A stretch of 64,000 bases of DNA, taken from NCBI GenBank assembly GCA_013239625.1, contig MU054001.1, forward strand, positions 3,698,167 through 3,762,166, read 5' to 3'. Below, one piece after another: positions 12,050 to 23,187 of this stretch. Origin of the DNA: Lama guanicoe. Taxonomy: Eukaryota. Position 1 is the stretch's first letter. Each line of letters begins with the position of its first letter. The translations under genes were made by a program, and so were the position numbers. A model generated the notes under the pieces. That model was given only the letters and a program-made list of their open reading frames with translations, ran no database searches and was not told the DNA's origin.

Positions 12050-12870
12050 CGCCTGTGCTTATTAAAAGCATGACTGTGGAGGCTGTTTACCCCAAGATCT
12101 ATTTTTGTCATAACTGTTTGTAATGGTTAAACCTCAACAGCTTAAACACGCCATACAAAATAATGTATCTTCAATAAACTGAAATATTAACCAATCATAT
12201 GTAATGGTTCATTTCTAACAAATGCCCAGCTCAGGGTCCTCCGGGCATCGTAGAAATTGAAAACCGTATTGATGGACTGGCCGGCCTTCAAATTACTCTG
12301 CGTGGGGATGAAAAGGCATAGGAAAAGTTCTCATTATGGCTCTCTGACATTAATTTGAGCATTTTTATATGTGTGTCCTATTAAGCACTTTAAGTGCTTT
12401 TTGATAATTGTGCTTTGTAGTTTTTACAGCACTTCAGCCTATTCCCAGTTCAATTTCCTCTTTTATCCGATGTTTGAAATATTGATTTCTGACAGATAAA
12501 AGCAAACCTTATAATCTCAGCAGCGAGTAATAAGTGAGTGGGACGAGGCTTCTGAATGCATCGGGGAATGGTCATATTTGAAACAGTCTTTGTTTTATTA
12601 CATTTCGTCAACAGAATTTACTTACTGCTCGCTGATATGTATGTAAAAAGCTGGGCCGCTCAGAGGGCCGCGATATTGCCAATTTCAGCTCGACTTTTTG
12701 CATTTAGTAAGATAAAAGAAGCCTCTCCCTGGGAGCCCAGTGATTGCAGTGGCTTAAACTGCTGTCAGCCGGCTGCAAGTAACTGTGATTTATCTTCTTC
12801 AGATTGTGCCGTGGCGTGGCTGCAAACTTTTCTTTCAGTTTTGCATTAAAAAACTGACAGCCTATCAGGA
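12050..12870. promoter_or_regulatory. Candidate conserved non-coding element / developmental enhancer
   Basis: About 800 bp with no recognisable repeat, AT-rich but with retained CpGs. TGACAG/CTGTCA at 12490, 12762 and 12855; TGATTTAT at 12786; inverted AAGCACTT-T-AAGTGCTT at 12383-12399. Confidence 0.55.
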
Positions 12871-13084
12871 TGTTTTAAAGCCTCCCCTCTCAGACCTGCC
12901 CGGGGCCCCGGCGGGGACTCTTGTTCAGGGAGACGCTTGGAGTTCTCCCTTAAGCTCGAAGTGACCCCAGAGATCACACTGTCTGCATTTCCCAAATGCA
13001 CACAGCTCGAGGACCTCCGAAGGCAACCAGATTAGGGCAGGTGCTACACAAAAATTTTCCCCCTCTTCTAATGATTCTCTCACA

Positions 13085-13800
13085 ATTCATTCAGCTCAGC
13101 ACTATTACTATTAAGTCATGTCTGGTTGCTGAGGGTACAGAGATGAACCAGGGAAGGAGGTAGTTACCCTGTTCTTACGGCATCCATCTTCATCGCCATA
13201 GTGATGCTTGACAGTCGGGGGTGATTCTGCCCACCCCCTCACCCGGGACATTTTTGGTTGTCCCAGCTGGGACAGGGAGTTGCTGGCATCTGGTGCACGG
13301 AGACTGGGCATACTGCCGAACAGGAGTCTCCCACAACCAAGACTAATCTGGCCCCAAATGTCAATACAACTGATGTGGAGAAACCCTGTTCTAGTGGAAA
13401 AGACAATTAACCTCTAAATGGACAAGAAAATAGCAGGTGGAAATACAGGCAATAGGAAAACAGAACAGGGCCATGCCACAGCGACCAGGCGACATTTACA
13501 CCTAGGCTGAAATAATGACAAGGATCCAGGCAGGAGAAGATCTGGGGAAAGAGTGTCACAGGCGGACGGAACAGCTCATGCAAAGGCCGTGCAGCCCGAG
13601 GGAGCTCGGGGAGCCTGATCTGCAGGATGAAGGCCACTGAGGCTGGAGGCAGGACCAGGAAGAGCAGCAGGAGGGCAGCAAGGAAGTGTTTCTGAAGCGG
13701 CGTTGACAGAACTTTAAAGATGAACGTGGTATAAGAAGGAAGACAGAAGATTCAAGAATGGTGCCAAAGTTCTGCACAGCTGCTGGTTGGTTTTATTCTG
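13085..13800 (-). mobile_element. L2 LINE fragments interrupted by MER20
   Basis: 'attcattcagctcagcac...gggtacagagatgaacca' and later 'gaagatctggggaaagagtgtcacaggcggacggaacagctcatgcaaaggcc'. Confidence 0.75.
13199..13388 (+). mobile_element. MER20 (hAT-Charlie)
   Basis: 'gggggtgattctgccc...gacatttttggttgtc...ggcatctggtg...atctggccccaaatgtcaatac...gagaaaccctg'. Confidence 0.85.
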
Positions 13801-14225
13801 GATGAGAAAGCTTGCTTAGGATGAAGATAAAGTACGTAGGGAAAGAAAAAAACATTAAGGAAATCATCATTCAGGTGACACGTCGCTAGAACAGCTGTTG
13901 TGGAGCCGCGGGGGAATGAGTTGAGGTTGGGAGGAGGAGGCAGAGACGGGAAGAGTCCTGCCCAAGGCCTCATGGCACATGGAGAGCAAAGCTGCTCCAG
14001 AATCATACCCAGGACCTGCCTGGTTTTCCAGTAGCCTCGCGGTGAAGAGCACGGCATCTGGACTCAAGATCTGTTTTTCCCTAGAACTTCAAGAGTCATT
14101 TATAACCAAGGAAAGACTTTTCAGGGACCCAGCCAAGCTCCACTAAACACTACAGTTGATTGCAGCCTCCATTGGACTTCATGACCAAGCACCCTGATGC
14201 ATGAAACCCTCCCATGGGACAATAC

Positions 14226-14340
14226 AATCATTCACTGAACAAATATTTCTTAAGCACCTACTGTGGGCCAAGCCCTGCACTACACACTGGAGACACAGCA
14301 GAGAACAAAGCAAACCAAAGGGCTGCCCTTCCCATCTGCT
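14226..14340 (-). mobile_element. L2 LINE 3' end
   Basis: 'atcattcactgaacaaatatttcttaagcacctactgtgggccaagccctg...ggagacacagcagagaacaaa'. Confidence 0.85.
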
Positions 14341-14424
14341 CCTACTAACAGTCTCTCTGGGCTCTGGAGGGCTGGCCATGAACACAGTAACTGTGGATGA
14401 GAAGCTGCTGGTGACAGTGAGGAG

Positions 14425-14680
14425 CAGCTAAGTTATGCTGCTATAACAAGCATGCCTGAAACTGTCATTCACTCTACACAGAAGTGGGGTCTGGGAGCCG
14501 GTGGATGGAGCAGCTGGCATCTAGAACAATACCTGTCGTGGTGGCAGAGGAAGACAGAGCCTCGGGAAGCTTGTGCTCCCATTTTATTGGCCAAAGGAAG
14601 GCACATGACCTCTCCTGAGTTCAAGAGGATGGTGAGGAGCAGGGAGATATGAAAGATCATCAGCCCTAATGACCAGCACA
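14425..14680 (-). mobile_element. MLT1-type LTR fragment
   Basis: 'ctaagttatgctgctataacaa' and 'ctcccattttattggccaaaggaaggcacatgacc'. Confidence 0.6.
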
Positions 14681-14791
14681 GTGCTCTGGGGCAGGGGCAT
14701 TGCAGGAGGGGAGAGCTAGGATTGGGGAGCAAAGTGAGGGCCTGACCCTTGGAATGAATCCCAAGACGTCTCATGGGCGAGGCTGCAGGGC

Positions 14792-15074
14792 CAGAGTTTC
14801 ACACTGTGGGCCGGGCCCGCAGGAGGCACTCAGCCCACAGCCAGGCAATGTTTGAATTTTTAAAAAGCCATTGCCAATAGTTTTATTGGGGAGATTTTTG
14901 CCTAAAAATCACAGCTTCTCTTTGTAAACCTCAGATGAACTAGCCCCATCGGACTGGCATCCCCCGTGGTGGCAGTCAGATGCTGCTGAGAGGCTGGCCT
15001 GCAGACAGGGCCCCGGCTCTGCTCCATCACTATATCACCTGCCACGCCCATAGATTTTGAGTTTGCAACCCCTG
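14792..15074 (-). mobile_element. MER102-like hAT-Charlie element
   Basis: Ends 'ttttgagtttgcaacccctg', the reverse complement of CAGGGGTTGCAAACTCAAA. Same family as the + strand copy starting at 29367. Confidence 0.75.
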
Positions 15075-15084
15075 GTCTAATTCG

Positions 15085-15170
15085 ATGTACAGATAGGGAA
15101 ACTGAGGCTTGGAGACAGAAAATGACCTGCCCAAATTCAGACCCATTAATAGCAGGCTCAAAACGGAAGC
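15085..15170 (-). mobile_element. MIR fragment
   Basis: 'tacagatagggaaactgaggcttggagacagaaaatgacctgcccaa'. Confidence 0.75.
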
Positions 15171-17667
15171 CATCCCGATATCTGGCTTCACAAGCTGCTG
15201 GGAAAGAAAAAGGTTCTGACGAAACTGGTGAGGTGGTGGGGGTGGCCATGGTTGGGAAGGAGAGGGTGGGGGATTGGCGGGGCCGGCTGGACCATGCAGA
15301 CAGTTCCAGCAACTCTGCCCTCTGGGCAGACTCACTCGCCCCCTGCCAGGCACCGAGCAGAGCTCTCAAAGCCTGGGCTTGGCTGGCGTCACCGGGTTGC
15401 GGTCAGCCGGGCAGCACCGAGCACCGCTCACCCCTCGTAAGCCAGTGGCAGCCTCAACCCCAAACCTCTTCAGAGAATTGACTGTAAGCTGGAACCAGAC
15501 ATGCTTAGAATTTCAAAGGGGATCGTTAGCATTTTCCATACTGGCCTGGTTATTTACAATTCATTAAGAGAATTAACTTTGAGACTGGGTTCTTCTGATA
15601 AACCACCAAAAAGGAAACGGAAGGCGAAGGGACAGAAAGCAGGGAGGAGAACGAGGCCCCGGGAAGCCCATGCAGCCCTGCATCTGTACACCGGCCTCCC
15701 TGACGTCCAGGTGACAGAGAGGGAAACACACAAGGACCCTATGACATCTCCAGGCTCCCCCGCATGGGGCCGTGCGGATGGCTGGGAGCCCGGGCACAGA
15801 GTCCTGTCCAGCGAAGCCCACGGTCCTCTCAAAGTGTTTCAAGTTCTTATAAGCAGAAACTGCTAGAACCACCAAGGCCCTACAAAAGACAGAACAGCTC
15901 TACTGTGGAATCGGGGACCACCGGCTGAAAAAGGATGGAGAAAGCAGACCCTCGGCCCTAAGACAGCACCACCTGTCGGCACTCAGAGAAAGAAAGTTCC
16001 AGTCTAAGAAGAGGATGGACCTTCTCGTGCTCCTGGGGCCCTGCCAAATGTCTGCTATTAGCACCTCTTCCAAATAGGCTTTTGGAAAGTTTGCCAATGT
16101 ATGACTTCAAAGCTCAGGCGTTTCACGAGACCTCATCCCCTCCACCTGAGGGCTAGCAGCCTCCCCTCCCTGCGGACCTCAAGGGGTGTTCGATTTAACT
16201 GTGTATAAAAGGTTTATAGTGTTGATAAACTGAGAAACTGGTGAGTGCTTGCTGCTTTCCTTCTAGCGGTGCCATTCTTATGCACAATAAAGTCCTATTT
16301 TTAAACTCTGAATCTGGAGTCTAATTTTTTTTTAACTTTTATAGTTATGTAGTCTTTTCTACAGTTACCTGTATTTAATGTGAGGGACAAAGATTTCTTT
16401 TTGAAGGTGGTTGAGGAAACTTCCTTTTAAACATAAAATAGGTTACACACACAAAAAAGGGAATGTTAAAAATAAAAAGGCAGCTTAAAGAATAATGCTA
16501 GGTGAGTATCAGAATAGGGATGTGCAGATGTGGTCAAAAGTATAGTGCTCCAGTCCAGAGAGTGAATCTCTAATGTGGGGATTTTCAAGCGCCCTGGCAG
16601 GAACCTTGAGTTGCTTGAGAACTGCAATGATGCCTTATTCCTTGTTTGATTCTCAGCATGTGGTATGCAGACATTAGCAAAATTGCTCTGTTAAAGCAAT
16701 GGAGGCATCAAGAATCTAGAGACACCAGGGTGAAGATCTGAGCAATGACTGGGGTCAGGGAAGAGGGTTTGAAACCTACCAAGAATGCCAAGCCCTCAAC
16801 ACACACACCAGCACATCAGGATTTCAAGACCGTGGTAGACGTTACTAATCCATCACATCTTTCATTTCCCCTGAACCAGAGTACAGCCTCAGAATCCTTC
16901 TTAACACTGCACTCCAGGCACCTAATCAGAATGAACACACAAGATGACGTCTGTCATTCTTGGACTGGATGATCTTTTGAGGTTCATTCCAGCCCCTAAA
17001 ATTGCAAGGTGGTATGAGACGCGTGGCCAGCAAAGCTTGTAATGCTATTCCTCAAACCACCAGGCTGTCCAAACAGCTGCCTCTGAGTTTAAGCCAAAAG
17101 TCTCGAAACTTTCCGATGGTAGATGTTCTGTTTTCCTGTGAAGCAGGATATTCCCACAAGCCTCAGAGTCCCTGTTTGGTGAAAGGGGGGGCAGTGGGTG
17201 ATCTGGAGGCCTCTCAGCTATGATGCTGTCAGGAGGCAGTGACTCTCCAAAGTGATTCACAGCCTTCGGGCCATGCGCACACCTGGCACCTGCCAGGCCT
17301 CAGGGGGCAGACCCCGGAGACAGGGCAGGGACTTCAGCCAGAGCTGCCCAATTTGGCCAAAGCCATTCCCCAATGGCTGGGGTCAAGGATATCAGCAAAT
17401 CCTCAGAGCCTCCAACCTCCCACCGACGAAAGGATTCCCCTCCACGACATCCCTGACAGATGGCTATGTGGACCCCCCCTGGCATCCTTGAAGGGCTGGG
17501 AAGGTCACTACCTTCTCATCCACCAGAATTCCAGCTGCTGGAGGGCCTTTATTTTTATGCAATCATTAAGATTAATGACCACGAGGAATCTTTAACATCC
17601 TGGAAAAAAGACTTGCAATAAAATGCTAAATGGAAAAAGCTAAATAGCAAATGTATGTCACTGTGGG

Positions 17668-17784
17668 CTTTTTTCAGCTTTGTTGAGATATAATTGACAA
17701 ATTAAATTGTATATATTTAAGGTGCTCGTGACGATTTGATATATGCATACATTGTGAAATCATCACTACAGTCAAGTTAATTAC
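17668..17784 (-). mobile_element. L1MA-type 3' terminal fragment
   Basis: 'ttttttcagctttgttgagatataattgacaaattaaattgtatatatttaaggtg...catacattgtgaaatcatcactacagtcaagttaatta'. It lies within an older, decayed + strand L1 tail (about 17600-17950). Confidence 0.8.
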
Positions 17785-17958
17785 GTATGTCATTGTGTTT
17801 AAATATAAGTTTAAAATGCATTACAAAGGGGGAGGAGGTGGGCAGAATTCAGTTTCAGATATCAACCATAGTTGAATTCCAGTGATAAGGTTAGAGGTGA
17901 ATATTTTTGTTTTCCCCTTTCCAAGTTTTCTGTAAAGTCACATCACTTTCATGATCGC

Positions 17959-18483
17959 GTAGTAGATTCCAGTGGTTTCTGCCAATCTACCGGCAATGCC
18001 CTCTTCTTCTGGTAAAGGCATGCCAGATTTCCTTTCAAAATCATCCCTCCCCATTTGTAATCTGTATATTTGGGGGGAACAAAACCCACTCCCACTAGGT
18101 TCAGGGGAGGGCACGTGCCCCAAGCATTCCCTTGCTCCTGGCTCCAGTCATTGGTTTATCAATGAATTCACTTCTGGGTCATCTGGAGCAATTAGGGAAG
18201 AGATGAGGTTGTGAGGATAAGTGTCCAGGGTAGCTACCAGCCACCATTTCATCACCTCAAGAGGAGAACCTGCCTGAAACTGAAGCCGGACAACAGGAAA
18301 ACAGAGCAAAGATGAAGGTGCTGAGGGAGAGAGAGAAAGTACCAACATAGTGTTGAACACCTGCATCCAGCCATTCCTGAAGCCCATGTTCTCCTGTAGT
18401 TATAGAAACCAATAACTCCTTTTACTGCTTAAGCCAACTTGAGTTGTAAATCTATTACCTGCAACGGTGAGAGTCCTGAGTAG
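17959..18483 (+). mobile_element. Old MaLR LTR (MLT1K/L-like)
   Basis: LTR-like 5' part 'ccctcttcttctggtaa...ccagattt' and 3' end 'cttaagccaacttgagttgtaaatctattacctgcaacggtgagagtcctgag'. Confidence 0.7.
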
Positions 18484-18645
18484 CCCAGAGGGAAAAAAAT
18501 GTAAAAACAAAGCAGCAAGCCCTGCATAGGTTTTCTCTTTTTAGTCTTAGCTTTGAGTTCAGGGAAGAAAGTGTCTTCCTCTCCTTTTAGGCATTTGAAA
18601 GGAAGTCTCAGCTTTCTGCCTGCCTTCCCCTACTACTCTTCTAAT

Positions 18646-18677
18646 ACACACACTCACAAACACACACACACACACAC
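18646..18677. repeat. Imperfect (CA)n microsatellite
   Basis: Directly visible. Confidence 0.85.
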
Positions 18678-18789
18678 CAAGCTGGAGGTAAGACCTGGCT
18701 CTGTGGTTGCCATCGCTTCTGATGGAGTAGTGTCCCACCTAAACCAGTCATTAATACTGTAGACCTCTCACCCCTGAAAACACTCCACT

Positions 18790-19145
18790 GTTATCTTATT
18801 TGGGGTTCCCCTTGAAGCAGACCCTAAGACAAAGACTAGGGTACAGATCATTTTTTTGGATACGAACAGGTATTCAAGCCTCCTGGGGACTTCCGGAAGT
18901 CTGCACAGAGCACACCTTAGAGTTGTTCACCTGAGGCGGGAGGAAACTGAGAATTTAGCCACTGACTCCCATTTGTCCTTGGCAGAGGGCTGCTCTCAGG
19001 GCAGCAACTCTTTACCATTTCTGGTCCACCCAGTGCACAGCTGAGAAAGGCTGCCAGGAAGGCAGGGAGGGCGCTCCCACACGAAGTTAAAGGCATGCAC
19101 TGAACAATTCACTGCGGGTGGGTGGGTGCCAACAGGGTCTGCTGC
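18790..19145 (-). mobile_element. LTR16-family ERVL LTR
   Basis: 'tcttatttggggttccccttgaagcagaccctaagacaaaga' and 'agagcacaccttagagttgttcacctgaggcgggaggaaactgag...ggcagagggctgct'. Confidence 0.75.
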
Positions 19146-20004
19146 AGCAGTGAAAATCAGCGCTCGGCATGGCACAGAGATTCACCAGGTGGTTAGCGAT
19201 CTCCACCTGGAAAGGTTTATCGAAAGGGCACTCTGGCTATGTTTTCTCTGGATGGTTTGTTAGGGTGAGATTCTATGACTCTCTCGCTCCTGGGTTGCTT
19301 ACTTACAGAGCAATTTCTGCATTTTCCTGGCTGGAAAAAAAAAAAAGAAAAGAATGTGGAGAAACTTCAATATTCTAAGTAAATTTGGCTCGACAAAGAT
19401 ACCATCGACTCACTGCCCGCTTCCTGCTAATCTAACCATTTTCGAATTCCCCTTCGCAATGACTGCAATCAAGTTATTATCAATCATACTATCAATTGCT
19501 TGCCCCGCTCTAGGATGTAGGTTAAATATTCTTGTGTCAGTGGGATGCTGCATCCTAGATTTTCATTGAAATCTAGTGACTTTCATCTTCAAAGAAACCA
19601 TTTGGAGCTAACGCTCCATCCCCCCCTCCTGCTGCTTTAATTACAGCACTTCGTACATTTCACATTCTGAAGATAAACACTCCCTTCAGTGTTTATCCCA
19701 GGGAGATGCTTTTCAAGGGGTAATGTTACAAAAGTGCCCACTCCAGCGAGGTGGTGACTCATCACCGGACCTTGGGAACTTGTATTTTGCTTTGGGTGGG
19801 ATGCAGCCTGGATAGTCCAGTGTCTGTCTGTCTGTCTGTGCTGGGACTGGGCCATGTACTCCAAACAGCCTCAGAGAGAGTCTTCTGTGACCAGCATTGG
19901 AAATAACACCATGTCATAAGCAGGTAATTCTGAAAAAAAATGGAACGTTTGGTATTTTTCAAAGCGTTTGTATATGTTTAACCCTTCTCCAATTTTCCCA
20001 TCAT

Positions 20005-20225
20005 GTATTGAACATTCGCTTGACAGGTACCTATAGACTATCTGCCATGTGCCAGGCACCAGGGCACAGCAGTGAACTCTACAGGGGTCCTTCGTAGCAC
20101 CCTATGGGCAGGAATTTCACAGTGCAGAGGCAGAGGCGGACCATGAGCAAACAAATCCAGTTATGAAGCAATCTCACATCCAGATCAGAGCCACGAAAGG
20201 GCAAACAGAGAAGCCCTGGTGTAAG
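20005..20225 (-). mobile_element. L2 LINE 3' fragment
   Basis: 'tatctgccatgtgccaggcaccagggcacagcagtgaac'. Confidence 0.65.
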
Positions 20226-20249
20226 AAGAGAAGGGCAGAAAAGGCATGC

Positions 20250-20606
20250 CACTTAGGTCTTCCAAGAAGCAGACGTGTAGACAGGAGTGGTTGTGGGAGA
20301 GATTCCTGGGATGCAGGTCTGATACCTGGGAAAGGAGAGCGAGAAGGAGGGCTTGGGTAAGGAGAGTCGCAGCCTCCAGCCAAGGTCCAAGACAGTCTCG
20401 GTCAGGTTCACGGGTAGGAGCCGAACAAAGCAGCCTGCATGTCGGGCCGGAATGGTCCAGGGCGCTCTAGGACCCGGGGTGTGCTCAGTCACAGCAACCC
20501 CAGGGAAGCCTGGGCCCAACGTAGTGGATCCCCCCGTTGGGGAGCTAGGGGTCCCCTTGCAGAGACAGCTAACCGAGGCACCTGCCTGACCAGCACGGCT
20601 CACCGT
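20250..20606 (-). mobile_element. LTR16A-like ERVL LTR (3' LTR of the adjacent proviral remnant)
   Basis: 'ggtcttccaagaagcagacg...gcaggtctgatacctgggaaaggagag...gtgtgctcagtca'. It directly abuts ERV-L internal sequence. Confidence 0.75.
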
Positions 20607-21600
20607 CAGGTGATCCATTTCTCCGTGCAAGTTCAGCTCCTCTGAAAGTCCCATGGGCCTCTCTTCCTGGGGGACACCTAGAAAGGGGAAGGCAGTGGGA
20701 TGAACGACAGCCCCCATCACTGCTGTTGGTCTCAGCTCCACAAAGCCACGCATCCTGTCTCTCCTCCACTGTCCTTTCCAAAGTCCCTCCGTCCTTCGCA
20801 GATCTGAGACTTACTTGGCAGTGTGACTCCACCCTTCACTGCAGAGGAGTCTGGGTCCTCAGGAATCATTAGTTTCTTGTGCTGGGGTTGCTGCTCGTGT
20901 CACTTACAGTTACAGTGGGGCGAGGGAGGAGGGAGAGGCGCTTGAGTGGGTCGCCTGGCTCCACACGTATTCCTCTCTGTCCACCATGTAACAGCAGGGT
21001 CAGTCACCCCTGCCGGTCGCCAAAGCCCTCTTCTGGCAGCTATAGCTTGTAACTCGATGGAACTCTTGCTGTGTCCCTTGGCAAGAGTGTATCCCTTTGG
21101 GAACCTGAACTTTTAATTTCAGCTAAGTGCAGAGTTGGGAGAATGGAAAGCACGAATTTCCCCAGTGGGCCATTGGGAGCAATGGTAGGTGAAGTCACTC
21201 TCACTTCCGTCTCTTGGTTCTTGGGTCCATGCATTTTTCCCATCCGGGACCCAACACCATATAGACATCTCTGCTATAACACATATGTTGCATTCGGAAG
21301 GAACAGTAACTTGCCCAAGCTGGCACTGCAGCTGTGCATTCTAACACCCTATGAGGCAGCTGTTTCTGGATGGTATGCTATGTGATACAACCAGTAGATG
21401 CCACGGTCATCTGCTCCAGCATGTGTGTACACAGAGCCTCAGGCCCACTCCTTACCCGGAGAAACTCTGGAAGCAGAGGGTGGGTGAGAGCCTGCACCCC
21501 TTCAATTCAGTATCACAAGACTGTCTGAGTTTCCTAGGAGCCACACAGATGCCGCAGCAGGTAGCCAGGCTCGAGGTGTCATGATGGTACCATGTCTGCC
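20607..21600 (-). mobile_element. ERV-L (class III) internal remnant: decayed integrase core/C-terminus and start of dUTPase
   Basis: Minus-strand translation gives RGIYWLYHIAYHPETA (about 21360-21406; compare ERV-L integrase HGIHWSYHVPHHPEAAG). ORF 21040-21243 gives GKMHGPKNQETEVRVTSPTIAPNGPLGKFVL...TLLPRDTARVP (compare ERV-L RIHGSRNQGVE..APLTITPSDPLAKFLL...MLPPGDT). Frameshifted and deleted. Confidence 0.85.
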
Positions 21601-22365
21601 ACCTGCGGGGTATCCTGCAGCAAAAGGAAGATCCTATGAGGGCAGACAAGGAGCAGGCAGCGCACGTCCAGAACCTTGTCCTGCAGAGATGCCCACAAGA
21701 GCCAGCACAAGCTGCCACTCACAGTTGGCATTGATAGCTTCTTTACAATGGCCCATGGATGAGGACAACTTTCCTCCCACCCCAGGGCCCAACACAGGGC
21801 AGGCGGTGGGACACCCAAGGCAGCAGATGTGGGGAGGAGAGGGAGGAAGATTGGAAATTGCTCTGAGATTGAATTTTATAGAAATAGGGCTGGACATTTT
21901 CATACCTGAAAATGAGTCTTAATTATAAAAGCTATCAGAAAAACTAAACCATCACTTGCAATATTGACAAGGAAATGAAGAGACAACAGAGTTTCAAGGT
22001 GGATGTGATTGAAGACTTGGTAAATTCGTAACACTCTGGTCCTGGTCCTCCATCCCTGTTTCTGAAATGCCCTCGCCCCTTGGCCCTCCCAAGACTGAAT
22101 CCTTTCTCTCCATTGGATACGGGTTTTTCAGCCAAGTGGCATCTCTCTGGGGAGACAGCCCTCAGACCATCACAGTAGCTTGTTCCTGTCTCCCAGATGG
22201 GATTCACCTGGTCTCCCAGAGTTGGGCACATCTCCCAAGCCTGACCAATAGGAAGACTCGGCCTGACTGAGCTATCAAGAAAGAGCCTCTCCCAGGGTGT
22301 TCCAGCTGTGTTTTCTTAGATTCTGTGTTTGTCTACTTGGCATCCATTCCTCACAAGGCCAACCA

Positions 22366-22888
22366 TGTATTAACATATTAGTTTATCTTTTGTATTCTTG
22401 GTACTCTGGCCCTGAATACATCTGGCCTTGCTGACTGGGGAGAGGCTGTCGCGCCCAGGGCTACCTTATTCCTCAAGATGATAAACAACTCACCTGCGGA
22501 CACATCTGGCATATATACATAACCAATCCCAGTCCCACACCCCCAGCCACCAACTCCATCTAACCCCCACCCATCAGCCAACATCTCCCCTGCCCTAAAA
22601 CAACCCAGGGCCAAATGTCAAAATACTAGGCGACACCCCAACATCACCAGGATTATTCAAACTAGCCAATCCCAAACTGTTTCCCTGCCTTTCCCTTGGA
22701 AACCCCAGTAAAGACTCTGTCCTAGACTTGCCCCTCACTCGGGCTGCCTCCCAATGTGGCCCTGCACACTGAGGCAGCTCCTCCTCTTGGGAATTGTAAG
22801 TCATAAACATCTTCTTTCAACAATATTGACCTCTTCATGTCATCACTCAGTCACCTCCATAAATTAAAATCCCGTGGGGACATTTCCA
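22366..22888 (+). mobile_element. MER74-family ERVL solo LTR
   Basis: Starts 'TGTATTAAC...ttttgtattcttgg...ggccttgctgac...cccagggcta...aaccaatcc' and ends 'cagtcacctccataaattaaaatccc'. Confidence 0.8.
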
Positions 22889-22904
22889 GGCACAGGGTAC
22901 AGGG

Positions 22905-23187
22905 ACCTTGCAACCTGGAGCTGCCAGAGGCACCTTTCCTGCCCCTTGTGGAGAGCTGCTAAACAATGACATCAACCCAGAGGGATGCAGAGCCAAGAAA
23001 TGGGCAGACAGAAACAGGGCTCGGACCACATTGTTGGAGTACCTGGGTCCATAAAATTTACTCTGAGCTTTTGGGTTATATTAGCCACTTCCACCACCAG
23101 TTTTATTATGTTTTGTTTTTTACTTTGCTTTAACCAAGTCGAGATAGGCTTTCTGACCTTTGCAGCTGACAGTATTGGCTAATGCAC
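22905..23187 (+). mobile_element. MLT1J/K-like LTR 3' half; the 5' half is probably upstream of MER74 at about 22130-22300
   Basis: 'cctggagctgccagaggcacc...gcagagccaagaaatgg...ctttaaccaagtcgagataggctttctgacctttgcagc...ctaatgca'. Confidence 0.65.

Noticed and set aside
16204..16291. TATAAAAG (16204), donor-like GTGAGT (16241) and AATAAA (16286) close together
   Set aside because: Short motifs expected by chance in 64 kb. The spacing would give an implausibly tiny exon and there is no other promoter evidence.
16320..16560. AT-rich tract initially considered a conserved element (similar tract at about 32490-32750)
   Set aside because: Both resemble the same old hAT-type DNA transposon end (MER113-like), so they are probably repeats. 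The family call is too uncertain to list as a feature.
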